DNA from: Coriobacteriia bacterium
GTDB lineage: Bacteria; Actinomycetota; Coriobacteriia; Coriobacteriales; UBA8131
Assembly (NCBI GenBank): GCA_009784425.1
Contig: WRBR01000002.1
Coordinates: 1-62,955 of the forward strand
Direction: 5' to 3'
DNA: 62,955 nt
Made by a program: the position numbers and the translations under genes. Each line of letters begins with the position of its first letter. Position 1 is the stretch's first letter. Positions 39,859 to 49,539 of this stretch are shown piece by piece. The notes under the pieces were generated by a model. That model had not been told where the DNA came from. It ran no database searches and saw only the letters and a list, made by a program, of their open reading frames with translations.

Positions 39859-40464
39859 ATGTCTCAAGCTGCATCAATCCAAAAATTGTTGGCTGAGCTG
39901 GAGCGTCTTCCGGGCATTGGCCCCAAAAGCGCACAGCGCATCCTCTACTGGCTCCTCAACAACGAGCCGTCAGACACACAGCGCCTGGCTGCGGCGCTGG
40001 TTGAGGTGTCAGAAACCGTGCACTTTTGCGAGCGTTGCTTTAACTACGCCGAAGACGAACTCTGCCCGCTTTGCGCCTCAGCAGAAACCGGCCACCGCAA
40101 GGCCACGCAGATTTGCGTGGTAAGCGAGCCGCGAGACATCGTAGCCATAGAGCGCACCAACGAGTTTCACGGTGTCTACCACGTTTTGGGTGGGGCAATC
40201 TCTCCCATAGACGGCATTGGCCCGGAAGAGCTCAACGTGCGCCAACTGCTCGAGCGCCTCGCCGACGAAACCATAGAAGAAGTGGTGCTGGCAACCAACC
40301 CCAATGTAGAAGGAGAAACCACGGCGGTATATCTGGCTCGCCTCATCAAGCCACTCGGCATTACCACCACGCGCCTGGCAAGCGGCCTGCCCGTTGGAGG
40401 AGACCTGGAGTTTGCCGACGAGGTAACCCTCGGCAGAGCCATAGAAAGCCGCCACGAGATTTAG
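39859..40464 (+). CDS. recR: Recombination mediator RecR
   Basis: LPGIGPKSAQR, C4 zinc finger, ATNPNVEGETTA, GLPVGGDLEFAD. Confidence 0.97.
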   Translation: MSQAASIQKLLAELERLPGIGPKSAQRILYWLLNNEPSDTQRLAAALVEVSETVHFCERCFNYAEDELCPLCASAETGHRKATQICVVSEPRDIVAIERTNEFHGVYHVLGGAISPIDGIGPEELNVRQLLERLADETIEEVVLATNPNVEGETTAVYLARLIKPLGITTTRLASGLPVGGDLEFADEVTLGRAIESRHEI

Positions 40465-40475
40465 TGGCGTGGCAC

Positions 40476-40569
40476 AGAGAGGTGGTACAGGGGGGACGGG
40501 GTTAGTGTACCAATTTGGCCCAAGGGCCAAATTGGTACACTAACCCCGTCCCCCCTGTACCACCTCTCT
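40476..40569. repeat. Family-B palindrome downstream of recR
   Basis: 46-bp perfect arms, AA loop; followed by CCGTCCCCAGTGAG. Confidence 0.95.
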
Positions 40570-40609
40570 CCGTCCCCAGTGAGACAGGACAGTCTGCTAC
40601 CATTAGGGC

Positions 40610-41710
40610 ATGACACTTTCCATTGGCATAGTAGGACTGCCCAACGTGGGCAAATCCACCTTGTTCACTGCTTTAACGAGCCAGGGCGGGCTTGCTACCG
40701 ATTACCCCTTTGCCTCCCTTGAGCCCAACGTGGGCGTGGTGCCCGTGCCCGACGACCGCCTGCAGGCATTGGCAGACATAGTAAACCCGGGGCGCATAGT
40801 ACCGGCCGCCGTAGAGTTTGTAGACATTGCCGGATTAGCCCGAGGTGCCAATGAGGGCGGCGGCATGGGCAACAAATTCCTGGCAAGCATTCGCGAGTGT
40901 GATGCCCTGATACAAGTGGTGCGCTACTTTGACAGCGACCACGTAACTCATTCAGAGGGCTCAATCAATCCTGAGAGAGACGTGGACATTCTCAACACCG
41001 AACTCATCCTGGCAGACATCGGCACCATTGAGAGAGCATTGCCGCGCCTCGACAAAGATGCCCGCCGAGACAAGGACGCCCTGCCCAAGCACAAGCTGGC
41101 AGGCCAGATGCTCAACTGGCTGAGCGAGGGCAACCGAGCCGCTGACTACGCCTTTAGCTCTCCGGAAGAGCGCAAGCTGCTCTGGGATCTACACCTGATT
41201 AGCATGAAACCCATGCTCTATGTAGCCAATATCAGCGAGGACGAGCTGTCTGGCACCGCTGCTCAGAGTGCGCCGACTGCTACGCTCCTGGGCAAGGAGC
41301 TTATTGTGGTCTCTGCAAAGATTGAAGCCGATATCACCGAGTTGGCCGCAGAAGACCCGGAAGCCGCAGCAGAGTTCATGCAGGAAACAGGGCTGAAAGA
41401 AGGCGGATTGGTGCGCCTGATACACGAGGCCTACAAACTGCTGGGACTTCAGTCATTCTTCACAGCCGGCGAGATGGAGGTCAAAGCCTGGACCATTCCC
41501 CTTGGGACCAAGGCACCTCAAGCCGCCGGCGTCATACATACCGACTTTGAAAAAGGCTTCATCAAAGCAGAAACCGCCGACTTTGCCAGTTACGTAGAAC
41601 ACGGGGGAGAGGCAGGACTCCGCGCCGTGGGCAAGCTTCGCCTTGAAGGCAAAGACTACGTAGTACAAGACGGCGACGTCATGCACTTCCGCTTCAGTAA
41701 ATCCAAATAG
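40610..41710 (+). CDS. ychF: Ribosome-binding ATPase YchF
   Basis: GIVGLPNVGKSTLF, DIAGL, APQAAGVIHTDFEKGFI, EGKDYVVQDGD; leaderless TGnTACCAT promoter. Confidence 0.96.
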   Translation: MTLSIGIVGLPNVGKSTLFTALTSQGGLATDYPFASLEPNVGVVPVPDDRLQALADIVNPGRIVPAAVEFVDIAGLARGANEGGGMGNKFLASIRECDALIQVVRYFDSDHVTHSEGSINPERDVDILNTELILADIGTIERALPRLDKDARRDKDALPKHKLAGQMLNWLSEGNRAADYAFSSPEERKLLWDLHLISMKPMLYVANISEDELSGTAAQSAPTATLLGKELIVVSAKIEADITELAAEDPEAAAEFMQETGLKEGGLVRLIHEAYKLLGLQSFFTAGEMEVKAWTIPLGTKAPQAAGVIHTDFEKGFIKAETADFASYVEHGGEAGLRAVGKLRLEGKDYVVQDGDVMHFRFSKSK

Positions 41711-41714
41711 CTAG

Positions 41715-42953
41715 CTACGAATGTGTGTTGCTTGCAGGACTTGCTAGTTGGCGCTCCAATGCTCTGAAGACGTCCAAGGCAGAGGGCACTTCGTAGGCCC
41801 TGTTTCTTCGTGCCGATCCATAGGGCTTGGCTATGCCCACCTCAACCAGGCGTTCAATAGCGGGGTTTGTTGCTTGAAAGCTCCGCCCAATTACTTTGGA
41901 TGCAGAGTTTGCTGTGAACACCGGTATGCCCATGAGCTTGCCGAGAAGCGCATCAAGGGCTGAGTTCTTCCTCACAGCACCAAGGCTCGTGCGCCATTGT
42001 GCTTCCAGCTTCTCTGCTCTCTCGCCAAACGCCTTGACCTCATTGCAAGCCCTCACACATGATCCAGCAAAAAAAGACAACCATTCGTTTATGGCTTCAT
42101 AAGCCGTGTCATCTGGCTGCTCGCCATCATATCTGATGCTGTTAAGTCCAGCGATATAGCTTTTGGGATACGCTGCCAAAATAAGCGAGATGGGCGGCAC
42201 AAAAGTTTTGAGCAAGCCTCTTTTGCGGAGAATCATATGGATAAAAGCGCGACCACTCCTCCCATTGCCATCAACAAAGGGGTGAATAGTCTCAAACTGA
42301 GCGTGTGCCAAGGCTGCCTGTTGCACAGGCGAGACGTCATGCCGATTGCTGAATTGCAGCAAGTCATCCATGAGGTCTTCTAAGATTTCCGGAGCAGGGG
42401 GTACATGCGCTGCTGTAAGCGGATTATATGAGTTGCCGCCAATCCAGTTTTGCACAACCCTTATCTCTCCGGCATATTCTTTGGCAGGAGTATTACCAAG
42501 CAATAGCTTGTGAATCCTGGTGATGTCTTTGAGCTTTAGCTCATTTTCAGCTCCGGCTAACTCCAAGGCACTTTTCAAGGCATTGATATTGCCGAGGATT
42601 TCTTCCGCCGTTTCATCGGCTTTGAAGGCATGAGGTTCAGAAGTGTTCAGCTCTGCCTGTAAAAGCCTCTTTGCTCCCATTTGCAGACCTTCAATAAATG
42701 ACGAGGATATAGCCTCTGCTCTCAAGAGAAAGTGTGACAATCCTTCAAGATCGCTTAGTCGTCCCGAATAGCTGTCGATTTCAAGCAGTGCCTTTTCGGC
42801 GCGGACTATATCTGCAACCACGTCAGAATCAAGTTGGATTTCCAGGGCGCTCAATTTGGTTGGCACGTAGTAACTATAGGCCCCACTCTTTCTTTCGGCC
42901 CTGGTTTGTCCCATGCCATCGCTCACCCAGTATTCCTGATGAAAAGTACCCAT
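41715..42953 (-). CDS. Fic family protein
   Basis: Intact HPFVDGNGRSGR Fic motif; EAISSSFIEG inhibitory-helix-like motif; C-terminal wHTH-like region. Confidence 0.9.
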   Translation of the reverse strand: MGTFHQEYWVSDGMGQTRAERKSGAYSYYVPTKLSALEIQLDSDVVADIVRAEKALLEIDSYSGRLSDLEGLSHFLLRAEAISSSFIEGLQMGAKRLLQAELNTSEPHAFKADETAEEILGNINALKSALELAGAENELKLKDITRIHKLLLGNTPAKEYAGEIRVVQNWIGGNSYNPLTAAHVPPAPEILEDLMDDLLQFSNRHDVSPVQQAALAHAQFETIHPFVDGNGRSGRAFIHMILRKRGLLKTFVPPISLILAAYPKSYIAGLNSIRYDGEQPDDTAYEAINEWLSFFAGSCVRACNEVKAFGERAEKLEAQWRTSLGAVRKNSALDALLGKLMGIPVFTANSASKVIGRSFQATNPAIERLVEVGIAKPYGSARRNRAYEVPSALDVFRALERQLASPASNTHS

Positions 42954-43036
42954 AGTAAGCCTCTCTCTTATTAAAGGTTATTATATAACATTAAATAAGA
43001 GATTGTGTGTCTTGGGCTTCAAATCCCTCCCAAAAC

Positions 43037-43076
43037 ACAATGCTTCTGATGCCCCTGTAGGGCATCAGAAGCATTG
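43037..43076 (-). terminator. Hairpin terminator after tRNA-Ser(GGA)
   Basis: Inverted arms ACAATGCTTCTGATGCCC / GGGCATCAGAAGCATTGT abutting the tRNA 3' end. Confidence 0.75.
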
Positions 43077-43166
43077 TGGCGGAGAGGGAGGGATTCGAAC
43101 CCTCGAATGGTTTCCCATTACATGATTTCCAATCATGCGCCCTCGGCCGGACTAGGCGACCTCTCC
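43077..43166 (-). tRNA. tRNA-Ser (GGA)
   Basis: GGAGAGGTCGCCTAGT...CATGA-TTGGAAA-TCATG, long variable arm, GGTTCGAATCC, CCA end. Confidence 0.96.
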
Positions 43167-43271
43167 GCGTGCTTAATGTCAAAAGACATATGTGAGGATT
43201 ATACCGCTTGTTGATATAATTGCCACATAAGACGATTCGCTTCCGTTTAACAAGCAAGCAAAAGGACGCAC

Positions 43272-44348
43272 ATGAGCAGTGAACCCAAAAGCAGCGCCTA
43301 TAAAGATGCCGGAGTGGATATTGAGGCTGGCGCGGAGGCCGTTGAGGCCATTAGGCAAGACGTTGAATCCACTTTTACTCCAGAGGTTGTAGGAAGCATT
43401 GGAGGCTTTGGCGGGCTATTCAGCGCCGCTGCCTTTAAGGATATGGAAGACCCCTTGCTGGTGAGCGGTACAGACGGCGTGGGAACCAAGCTGGAGCTTG
43501 CAAAGCGCTCAGGCCGCCTCACTACCGTGGGTATAGATCTGGTTGCCATGTGCGCCAATGACATTGTGTGCTGTGGCGCCCGTCCGCTTTTCTTCTTGGA
43601 CTACCTTGCGGTGGGCAGGCTTGAGCCTACTCTGGCAGCCAGTCTCGTCAAGGGCATAGCCGCCGGGTGCCGCGAGGCAGGCTGTGCCCTCATTGGAGGC
43701 GAGATGGCTGAGCACCCCGGCATCATGGCAGCCGACGATTTTGACCTCTCAGGTTTTTGCGTGGGAGTGGTGGATCGCCCCAAGATGATTGGACCTGACC
43801 TGGTAGAAGAGGGTGATGCCATTATTGGCGTTGCCTCTTCGGGCTTTCACTCCAATGGCTACTCCTTGATTCGCAAGGCGCTTACCAATGACCTGAGCGA
43901 CGAGGAGCTGCTCGGCGCCAAACTGGCGAACGGACAACCGCTCATTGATGCCTTGCTTGAGCCTACCAGGCTTTACGTGCAGCCGCTACTTAGTACCCTG
44001 GAGGCAGGGCTTGCCGTCCACGCGGTTGCCCATATTACCGGCGGAGGCATTACCTTTAACCTTGACCGCGCGTTGCCTGTGGGTCTGGATGCGCAGGTTC
44101 AGTTGGGCTCCTGGGAGACTCCGCCTGTCATGCTGCATTTGGCTCAGGCGGCCAATCTTGATACAGAAGACTTGCTAAAAACCTTCAACATGGGCATCGG
44201 CTTTGCGGTAATCTGCAAACAGGGCTCAGAAGAAGCCGTGTTCAAGCACTTTGAGCCACAAGGTGCCTTCCACATCGGCCGCGTTGTGAAAGCAACCAAC
44301 CCAGATGCCCCCGGAAAAGTTGTCTATGTGGAAGGCGGCTTCGAATGA
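43272..44348 (+). CDS. purM: Phosphoribosylformylglycinamidine cyclo-ligase
   Basis: YKDAGVD, GTDGVGTK, LIGGE, HSNGYSL, HITGGG, TFNMGIG. Confidence 0.97.
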   Translation: MSSEPKSSAYKDAGVDIEAGAEAVEAIRQDVESTFTPEVVGSIGGFGGLFSAAAFKDMEDPLLVSGTDGVGTKLELAKRSGRLTTVGIDLVAMCANDIVCCGARPLFFLDYLAVGRLEPTLAASLVKGIAAGCREAGCALIGGEMAEHPGIMAADDFDLSGFCVGVVDRPKMIGPDLVEEGDAIIGVASSGFHSNGYSLIRKALTNDLSDEELLGAKLANGQPLIDALLEPTRLYVQPLLSTLEAGLAVHAVAHITGGGITFNLDRALPVGLDAQVQLGSWETPPVMLHLAQAANLDTEDLLKTFNMGIGFAVICKQGSEEAVFKHFEPQGAFHIGRVVKATNPDAPGKVVYVEGGFE

Positions 44349-44950
44349 TTAACCTGGGAGTGCTAATAAGCGGGGGCGGCAGCAACCTCCAGGCAATTAT
44401 AGATGCCGTGGCAGATGGCGCACTTGATGCCAGCATCAAGCTTGTGGTATCGAGCAAAAACGATGTGTATGGACTCACTCGAGCCGAGCAAGCCGGCATC
44501 CCTACGCTGGCGCTCACGAAGGACGATTACGTGGACCCTCTGGCTGCCGACGAGCGTATTGCCAGCGCCTTGCTTGATGCCCAGGTAGACTACGTAGTCA
44601 TGGCCGGCTATATGCGCATGGTGCGCGAGCCGCTGCTCAAAGCCTTTCCCAACAAGATAATCAACCTACACCCGGCACTGCTGCCTTCCTTTCCCGGCGC
44701 ACACGGTATTGCCGATGCTTTTGATTACGGCGTAAAGCTCACTGGGGTCACCATTCACTTTGCCAACGAAGCGTATGACGAGGGCGCCATCATCGCCCAA
44801 GAGGCAGTGGCGGTTGCAGAAGACGACACCCTTGAAAGCCTGGAAGAAAAAATTCACGCAGTGGAACACAAGCTGTACCCTCAAGCACTCCAGTTGCTCG
44901 CCCAAGGCTGCGTTGTCATCGGAGAAGACGGCAAGGTCAGAATTCTCTAA
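44345..44950 (+). CDS. purN: Phosphoribosylglycinamide formyltransferase
   Basis: ISGGGSNLQA, MAGYMR, NLHPALLP. Confidence 0.96.
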   Translation: MINLGVLISGGGSNLQAIIDAVADGALDASIKLVVSSKNDVYGLTRAEQAGIPTLALTKDDYVDPLAADERIASALLDAQVDYVVMAGYMRMVREPLLKAFPNKIINLHPALLPSFPGAHGIADAFDYGVKLTGVTIHFANEAYDEGAIIAQEAVAVAEDDTLESLEEKIHAVEHKLYPQALQLLAQGCVVIGEDGKVRIL

Positions 44951-44993
44951 CCCCGCCCCTCCTGTACCACTCCAGCCCCGCCCCCCTGTCCCC

Positions 44994-45015
44994 TCAGGCT
45001 CAGGTTCAGTACAGG
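44994..45015 (+). promoter_or_regulatory. Candidate OmpR-family direct-repeat binding site
   Basis: TCAGGCTCAGG-TTCAGTACAGG, 11-bp periodic repeats upstream of the response regulator; position suggests autoregulation (inference). Confidence 0.4.
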
Positions 45016-45061
45016 TAGAAGTGTTATCTTAATGCCTGGCTCTTTTTGAGGAGGCGTTTTT

Positions 45062-45748
45062 ATGAGAGTTCTGCTGGTTGAAGATGAGAAGTATCTGGCA
45101 AAAGCAGTTGCTGAGATTCTGAAGAAGAATAACTACACCGTGGACATGGTGCATGACGGTCAAGAAGGGCTTGAGTACGCGCTCTCAGGAATCTATGACC
45201 TCATCATCCTGGACATCATGCTGCCCACAATGGACGGACTGGCAATTCTGCAGAGTATCCGCAAAAGCGGCATAGAGGCACCGGTAATCCTGCTCACCGC
45301 CAAAGGGCAGTCCGAGGACAAAGTCAAAGGGCTTGACTACGGTGCAGACGACTACCTCGCCAAACCCTTCCACACCAATGAGCTCTTGGCGCGGCTGCGC
45401 GCATTGCAACGCAGAAAGCCGGAGCTCAACAACGATGGAGTTATTGCTTACGGAGACATCCAGTTTTCTCCCCACTCCTTGCAATTGAAGAGCGAGGCAG
45501 GAGCCAGGGAGCTCAAGCTCAAAGAAGCGCAGCTGCTGGAGCTACTGCTGAGCAGCCAAAACAGAGTGGTGTCCAAGCAGGCCATTATCGACAAAGTTTG
45601 GGGCTACGATTCCGAGGCAGAGGACAACCACGTAGAGATTCACATCTCCCGCTTGCGCAAGCATCTGGCAGAGCTGAGCTCTCAGGTAAGAATAAACACG
45701 ATACGAGGAGCCGGCTACACCCTAACCAAGGACGAGGGAGACAGTTAA
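45062..45748 (+). CDS. OmpR/PhoB-family response regulator
   Basis: LLVEDE, LDIMLP, GADDYLAKPF, TIRGAGY. Confidence 0.95.
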   Translation: MRVLLVEDEKYLAKAVAEILKKNNYTVDMVHDGQEGLEYALSGIYDLIILDIMLPTMDGLAILQSIRKSGIEAPVILLTAKGQSEDKVKGLDYGADDYLAKPFHTNELLARLRALQRRKPELNNDGVIAYGDIQFSPHSLQLKSEAGARELKLKEAQLLELLLSSQNRVVSKQAIIDKVWGYDSEAEDNHVEIHISRLRKHLAELSSQVRINTIRGAGYTLTKDEGDS

Positions 45749-47118
45749 TGTTTAAGAAACTGCACAAAAAAGTCCTACTGCTCAACATGGCGGTGACCTT
45801 TGCGGTGCTGCTGATTGCCTTTGGTGCCGTATACGTAACCACTCTTAACTCGATAAACACTGACAACCAAAGAAGACTTGACGGCGCGGTGGGAGCAATA
45901 ATGCTCAGCGCTCGACCTATTGTCATTCATGATTACCACACAGGCCCAGAAGGTATTCCGGTTGAGCATGTGATGACAAGCCAAGCTGGAAACGTGATGG
46001 TTTTTAACAACCCGGGTTTGGAACAGGCGATTGTCGTAAACAGGGACACGGGGGAGCATATACCAGCCTTTGGCGTTATTGTTGACAGCTCGGGAAACCT
46101 GCTAAGAGTGAGCACTTCCTATGATTACCCCAGAGAGCTCTATGAAGAGGCTGCTCTTGCGGCTTGGAGCACAGGTGGGCAATCTACCATGACACTCTTT
46201 GGGCGCACGTGGCTCTACAAGATTGCACCCTTGCCAACCGCCCCGCCTGTCACAGGAGTCTACCAACCTGTTGAGCCTTCAAATGACTCTCGAATCGTCT
46301 TTTTGGACATCACCGACTCCATGAAAACCTTGCAAAACCTGCGCATGACCATCCTTTTTGTGGGTCTTGGCATGCTGGTGGTTATCTTTGGTGTCAGCTA
46401 TTTCTTTACCCGGCGCGCCATACAGCCGGTTGCGGTTGCCTGGGAAAAACAGCGGCAGTTTGTGGCCGATGCCTCGCATGAGCTCAAAACACCGCTGGCC
46501 ACTATGATGACCAATTACGATGTGGTGGTATCCAACGAGGAGAGCTCCGTAGAAAGCCAAAAAGAGTGGCTGGGCTACCTCAAAATAGGCATGGACAGGA
46601 TGAATAAAGTGATCAACAACCTGCTTTCGCTGGCAAGGCTTGAAAGCGGTGAACTGGGTGGCGAAAAGAGCTCCTTTGACCTGAGCACTCTGGTTGCGAG
46701 CACCATGCAGCAGATGGAAGGCAAGGCACAGGAGAAGAATCTCAACCTCATCAGCAATTTTACTGGCGAGCTGCCTGTTGTGGGAAACGCTGACATGACC
46801 GAGCAAGTCTTTTCAATCCTTTACGACAACGCGCTTAAATACGCAAACGAAGGCGGCACTATAGAGGTGGTGCTGCAGCAGACAAAGAAGCATGCGGTTT
46901 GCACGGTGAAAAACACCGGCAAGGGAATTAGCCCAGAAGACCTGCCTCACATCTTTGACCGCTTCTATCGTGCTGACACCGCACGAACCAGCGAAGACAA
47001 CAGCCACGGACTGGGGCTCCCCATTGCGCGGGCAATTGCAGAACAGCTGGGAGGCAGCATTACAGCAAGCAGCGAACAAGACGGCTGGACAGAATTTGTC
47101 CTGACGCTGGAACTATGA
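45748..47118 (+). CDS. Sensor histidine kinase
   Basis: Two TM helices, DASHELKTPL H-box, DNALKY, FDRFYR, GLGLPIA; TAATG coupling to the regulator. Confidence 0.95.
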   Translation: MFKKLHKKVLLLNMAVTFAVLLIAFGAVYVTTLNSINTDNQRRLDGAVGAIMLSARPIVIHDYHTGPEGIPVEHVMTSQAGNVMVFNNPGLEQAIVVNRDTGEHIPAFGVIVDSSGNLLRVSTSYDYPRELYEEAALAAWSTGGQSTMTLFGRTWLYKIAPLPTAPPVTGVYQPVEPSNDSRIVFLDITDSMKTLQNLRMTILFVGLGMLVVIFGVSYFFTRRAIQPVAVAWEKQRQFVADASHELKTPLATMMTNYDVVVSNEESSVESQKEWLGYLKIGMDRMNKVINNLLSLARLESGELGGEKSSFDLSTLVASTMQQMEGKAQEKNLNLISNFTGELPVVGNADMTEQVFSILYDNALKYANEGGTIEVVLQQTKKHAVCTVKNTGKGISPEDLPHIFDRFYRADTARTSEDNSHGLGLPIARAIAEQLGGSITASSEQDGWTEFVLTLEL

Positions 47119-47122
47119 CAAC

Positions 47123-47149
47123 GAGACAGAAGAACCGTCCCCCTGTCTC
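47123..47149 (-). repeat. Single GGGGACGG-loop REP unit
   Basis: Minus strand reads GAGACAG-GGGGACGGTTCTT-CTGTCTC. Confidence 0.8.
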
Positions 47150-47165
47150 ATGGCTGGAGAAACAG

Positions 47166-48671
47166 ATGTACATCTTTCAAAACGCAATGCAAAACCTACT
47201 GCGCAACAAAGGGCGCAACCTGATGACGGCTGCGATTATCTTTGTGGTAATTGTGTCGTCGGTAGTTGCGCTGATGATTTATAACACGTCAAACGGGGTG
47301 ATTAACGATTACAAGTCGCGCTTTGGCTCAGAGGTCAGCCTCACGCCCAACATGGAAAAGATCATCGAGGCAACGCAGACCACCGGCGCCTTGGTGCGCC
47401 CCACGATTCCCGCGGAGCAGCTCATAGCGTTTGCAGATTCAGAGCATCTGCTCAGCGCAAACCTCGCGGCAAGCGGCAAGGGCTGGAGCGATGACCTCAA
47501 GGCAATCGATGGAGAAAAAGGCGGCGGCGGCGGACCCATGCTGTCAGCTGGTCCGGGCGGTGGCCCTGCAAACATGCCTGATGGGATGCCCGAGTTAAGG
47601 CAGTACTTCTTCAGACTGCTGGCCAACCAATACGATGATTTTGAGAACGGCAACAGAGAGCTGACCGAGGGCAGCGCCTTTCCAGAAAAGCCCGGCGAGT
47701 GCCTTATCAGTCAGGAGCTTCTGGAGAACAGCGGCCTCAAGATCGGCGACACCATAGTCATGAACTCTGACCTTATCAACCCGGGCAGCGGCCCCGGAGA
47801 CGAAAGCTACCACGACATCGTATTCAGGCTGACCATCGTAGGCACCTACCTTGACCTCACGGACGAATACGCAAACAGCATGATGGAAAACGCCTTCTCA
47901 AACCGTCGCAATGAGGTGTTCATGTATTTCAATGACCTGGCAAGCGAGGTCAAAGAGGGGTTGATGGGCATTGACGTTGGCGCAACCTATTATCTCAAAA
48001 GCCCGGAGTTGCTCAGTGCGTTTACCGCTGAGCTCAGGGCAAAAGGCCTCGAGGATGTATTTGACGTGACAACCAATGAGGCTAGCTACCAGGCTATCGT
48101 TGGCCCGGTTGAGGCAATGAGGGGCATCAGCCTCACCTTTGTGATTATCGTGCTGATATTTGGAGCCATCATCATTGCGCTGCTTTCTTCCCTTGCGGTG
48201 AGAGAGCGCAAATACGAGATAGGCGTTTTGCGCGCTATGGGCATGAAAAAGGGCAAGGTTGCCCTGGGCCTGTGGGCCGAGACTCTCACCATCACAGCCT
48301 TGTGCCTGGTGCTGGGGCTGGCCGTTGGCGGGCTGGCGGCACAGCCGGTCACCAACCTCTTGCTCAACCAGCAGGTGGAGGCTGCAGAACAGGCGCAGGC
48401 TGCTGCCACGCCCGACCCGCCCGGCGCAGTAACGGTGCAGGGAGGCGGCCCGCAAGGTGTAGGCGGTCCCATAATGATAGGCGGACCTATCGCTGGCTTC
48501 ATCGGACAAAGCTCCGCTGAGAAAATCACCAACATTGATGTGGGCATTGGGCTCAATACCGTTGTGCAGATCATCGTCATCGCCTTGCTGCTCACCTCTA
48601 TAGCTGGCTTGATAGCTACAAGGCAAATCACCAAGTACGAGCCCATGAAGATCTTGATGGAAAGAAACTAG
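47166..48671 (+). CDS. ABC transporter permease (FtsX/MacB family)
   Basis: NLLRNKGR, RERKYEIGVLRAMG, four TM segments; GGAG RBS before ATG 47166. Confidence 0.92.
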   Translation: MYIFQNAMQNLLRNKGRNLMTAAIIFVVIVSSVVALMIYNTSNGVINDYKSRFGSEVSLTPNMEKIIEATQTTGALVRPTIPAEQLIAFADSEHLLSANLAASGKGWSDDLKAIDGEKGGGGGPMLSAGPGGGPANMPDGMPELRQYFFRLLANQYDDFENGNRELTEGSAFPEKPGECLISQELLENSGLKIGDTIVMNSDLINPGSGPGDESYHDIVFRLTIVGTYLDLTDEYANSMMENAFSNRRNEVFMYFNDLASEVKEGLMGIDVGATYYLKSPELLSAFTAELRAKGLEDVFDVTTNEASYQAIVGPVEAMRGISLTFVIIVLIFGAIIIALLSSLAVRERKYEIGVLRAMGMKKGKVALGLWAETLTITALCLVLGLAVGGLAAQPVTNLLLNQQVEAAEQAQAAATPDPPGAVTVQGGGPQGVGGPIMIGGPIAGFIGQSSAEKITNIDVGIGLNTVVQIIVIALLLTSIAGLIATRQITKYEPMKILMERN

Positions 48672-48680
48672 GAGAGCATC

Positions 48681-49346
48681 ATGGCAAACATACTTACTCT
48701 TAACAATGTGTCCTACGCCTACGAAGGCGCAAGCAAAAACGTGCTGCAGGGCATGAGCGCAGACTTTGAAACAGGCCGGGTGTATACCATCATCGGCAAG
48801 TCCGGCGCGGGAAAATCCACGCTCTTGTCGCTGCTCTCGGGCTTGGATGTCACCACAAACGGCGCCATACTCTTTGACGATAAAAACCTCAAAAAGCTCT
48901 GCAGGGATACCTACCGCGCGCAACAGGTGGGGGTCATCTTTCAGAGCTACAACCTTCTGACCAATGCCACGGCGGTGCAGAATATCGTCTTGTCGATGAA
49001 TATCAGCGAGTCGCCCGAAAGAGACAAGAAGGCCTTTGCATACGCCTTGTTGGCCAAGGTTGGCATTGACAGTGAAACAGCAGACCGCAAAATCCTTAAA
49101 CTCTCAGGCGGCGAGCAGCAGCGCGTTGCCATCGCACGAGCCCTGGCGCATAACCCCGCCATCCTCATCGCCGACGAACCCACCGGCAATCTGGACAAAG
49201 ACACCGAAGACGACATCCTCCACATCTTCACCAAGTTGGCTCATGAGGAAAACCGCTGCGTCATCATCGTGACCCACTCAAAAAGAGTCACCGCTATTGC
49301 CGACGTGGTCTATCGCCTCAAAGACGGCCGCCTGGCAGTAGTGTGA
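48681..49346 (+). CDS. ABC transporter ATP-binding protein (LolD/MacB type)
   Basis: [31 protein letters not shown]. Confidence 0.95.
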   Translation: MANILTLNNVSYAYEGASKNVLQGMSADFETGRVYTIIGKSGAGKSTLLSLLSGLDVTTNGAILFDDKNLKKLCRDTYRAQQVGVIFQSYNLLTNATAVQNIVLSMNISESPERDKKAFAYALLAKVGIDSETADRKILKLSGGEQQRVAIARALAHNPAILIADEPTGNLDKDTEDDILHIFTKLAHEENRCVIIVTHSKRVTAIADVVYRLKDGRLAVV

Positions 49347-49363
49347 AGGGACGTAGTGTGAGT

Positions 49364-49528
49364 GGGCAGGGGATAGTGACTCACTCGGTAGGCTCAGCTG
49401 TTTGGCTTCTGTCTTGGGGGTGAGCGACACGGTTAAGCTTCAAGCTAGTAAAGCTTGCTGGAGCGAACCGGGGCCCCTAGACAGAAACAAACAGCTGAGC
49501 CTACCGAGTGAGTCACTTTCCCCGGCCC
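49364..49528. repeat. Family-C long inverted-repeat element, copy 1
   Basis: AGTGACTCACTCGGTAGGCTCAGCTGTTT...AAACAGCTGAGCCTACCGAGTGAGTCACT; homologous and co-oriented with 51805-51990. Confidence 0.9.
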
Positions 49529-49539
49529 TCGGCCAGCTT

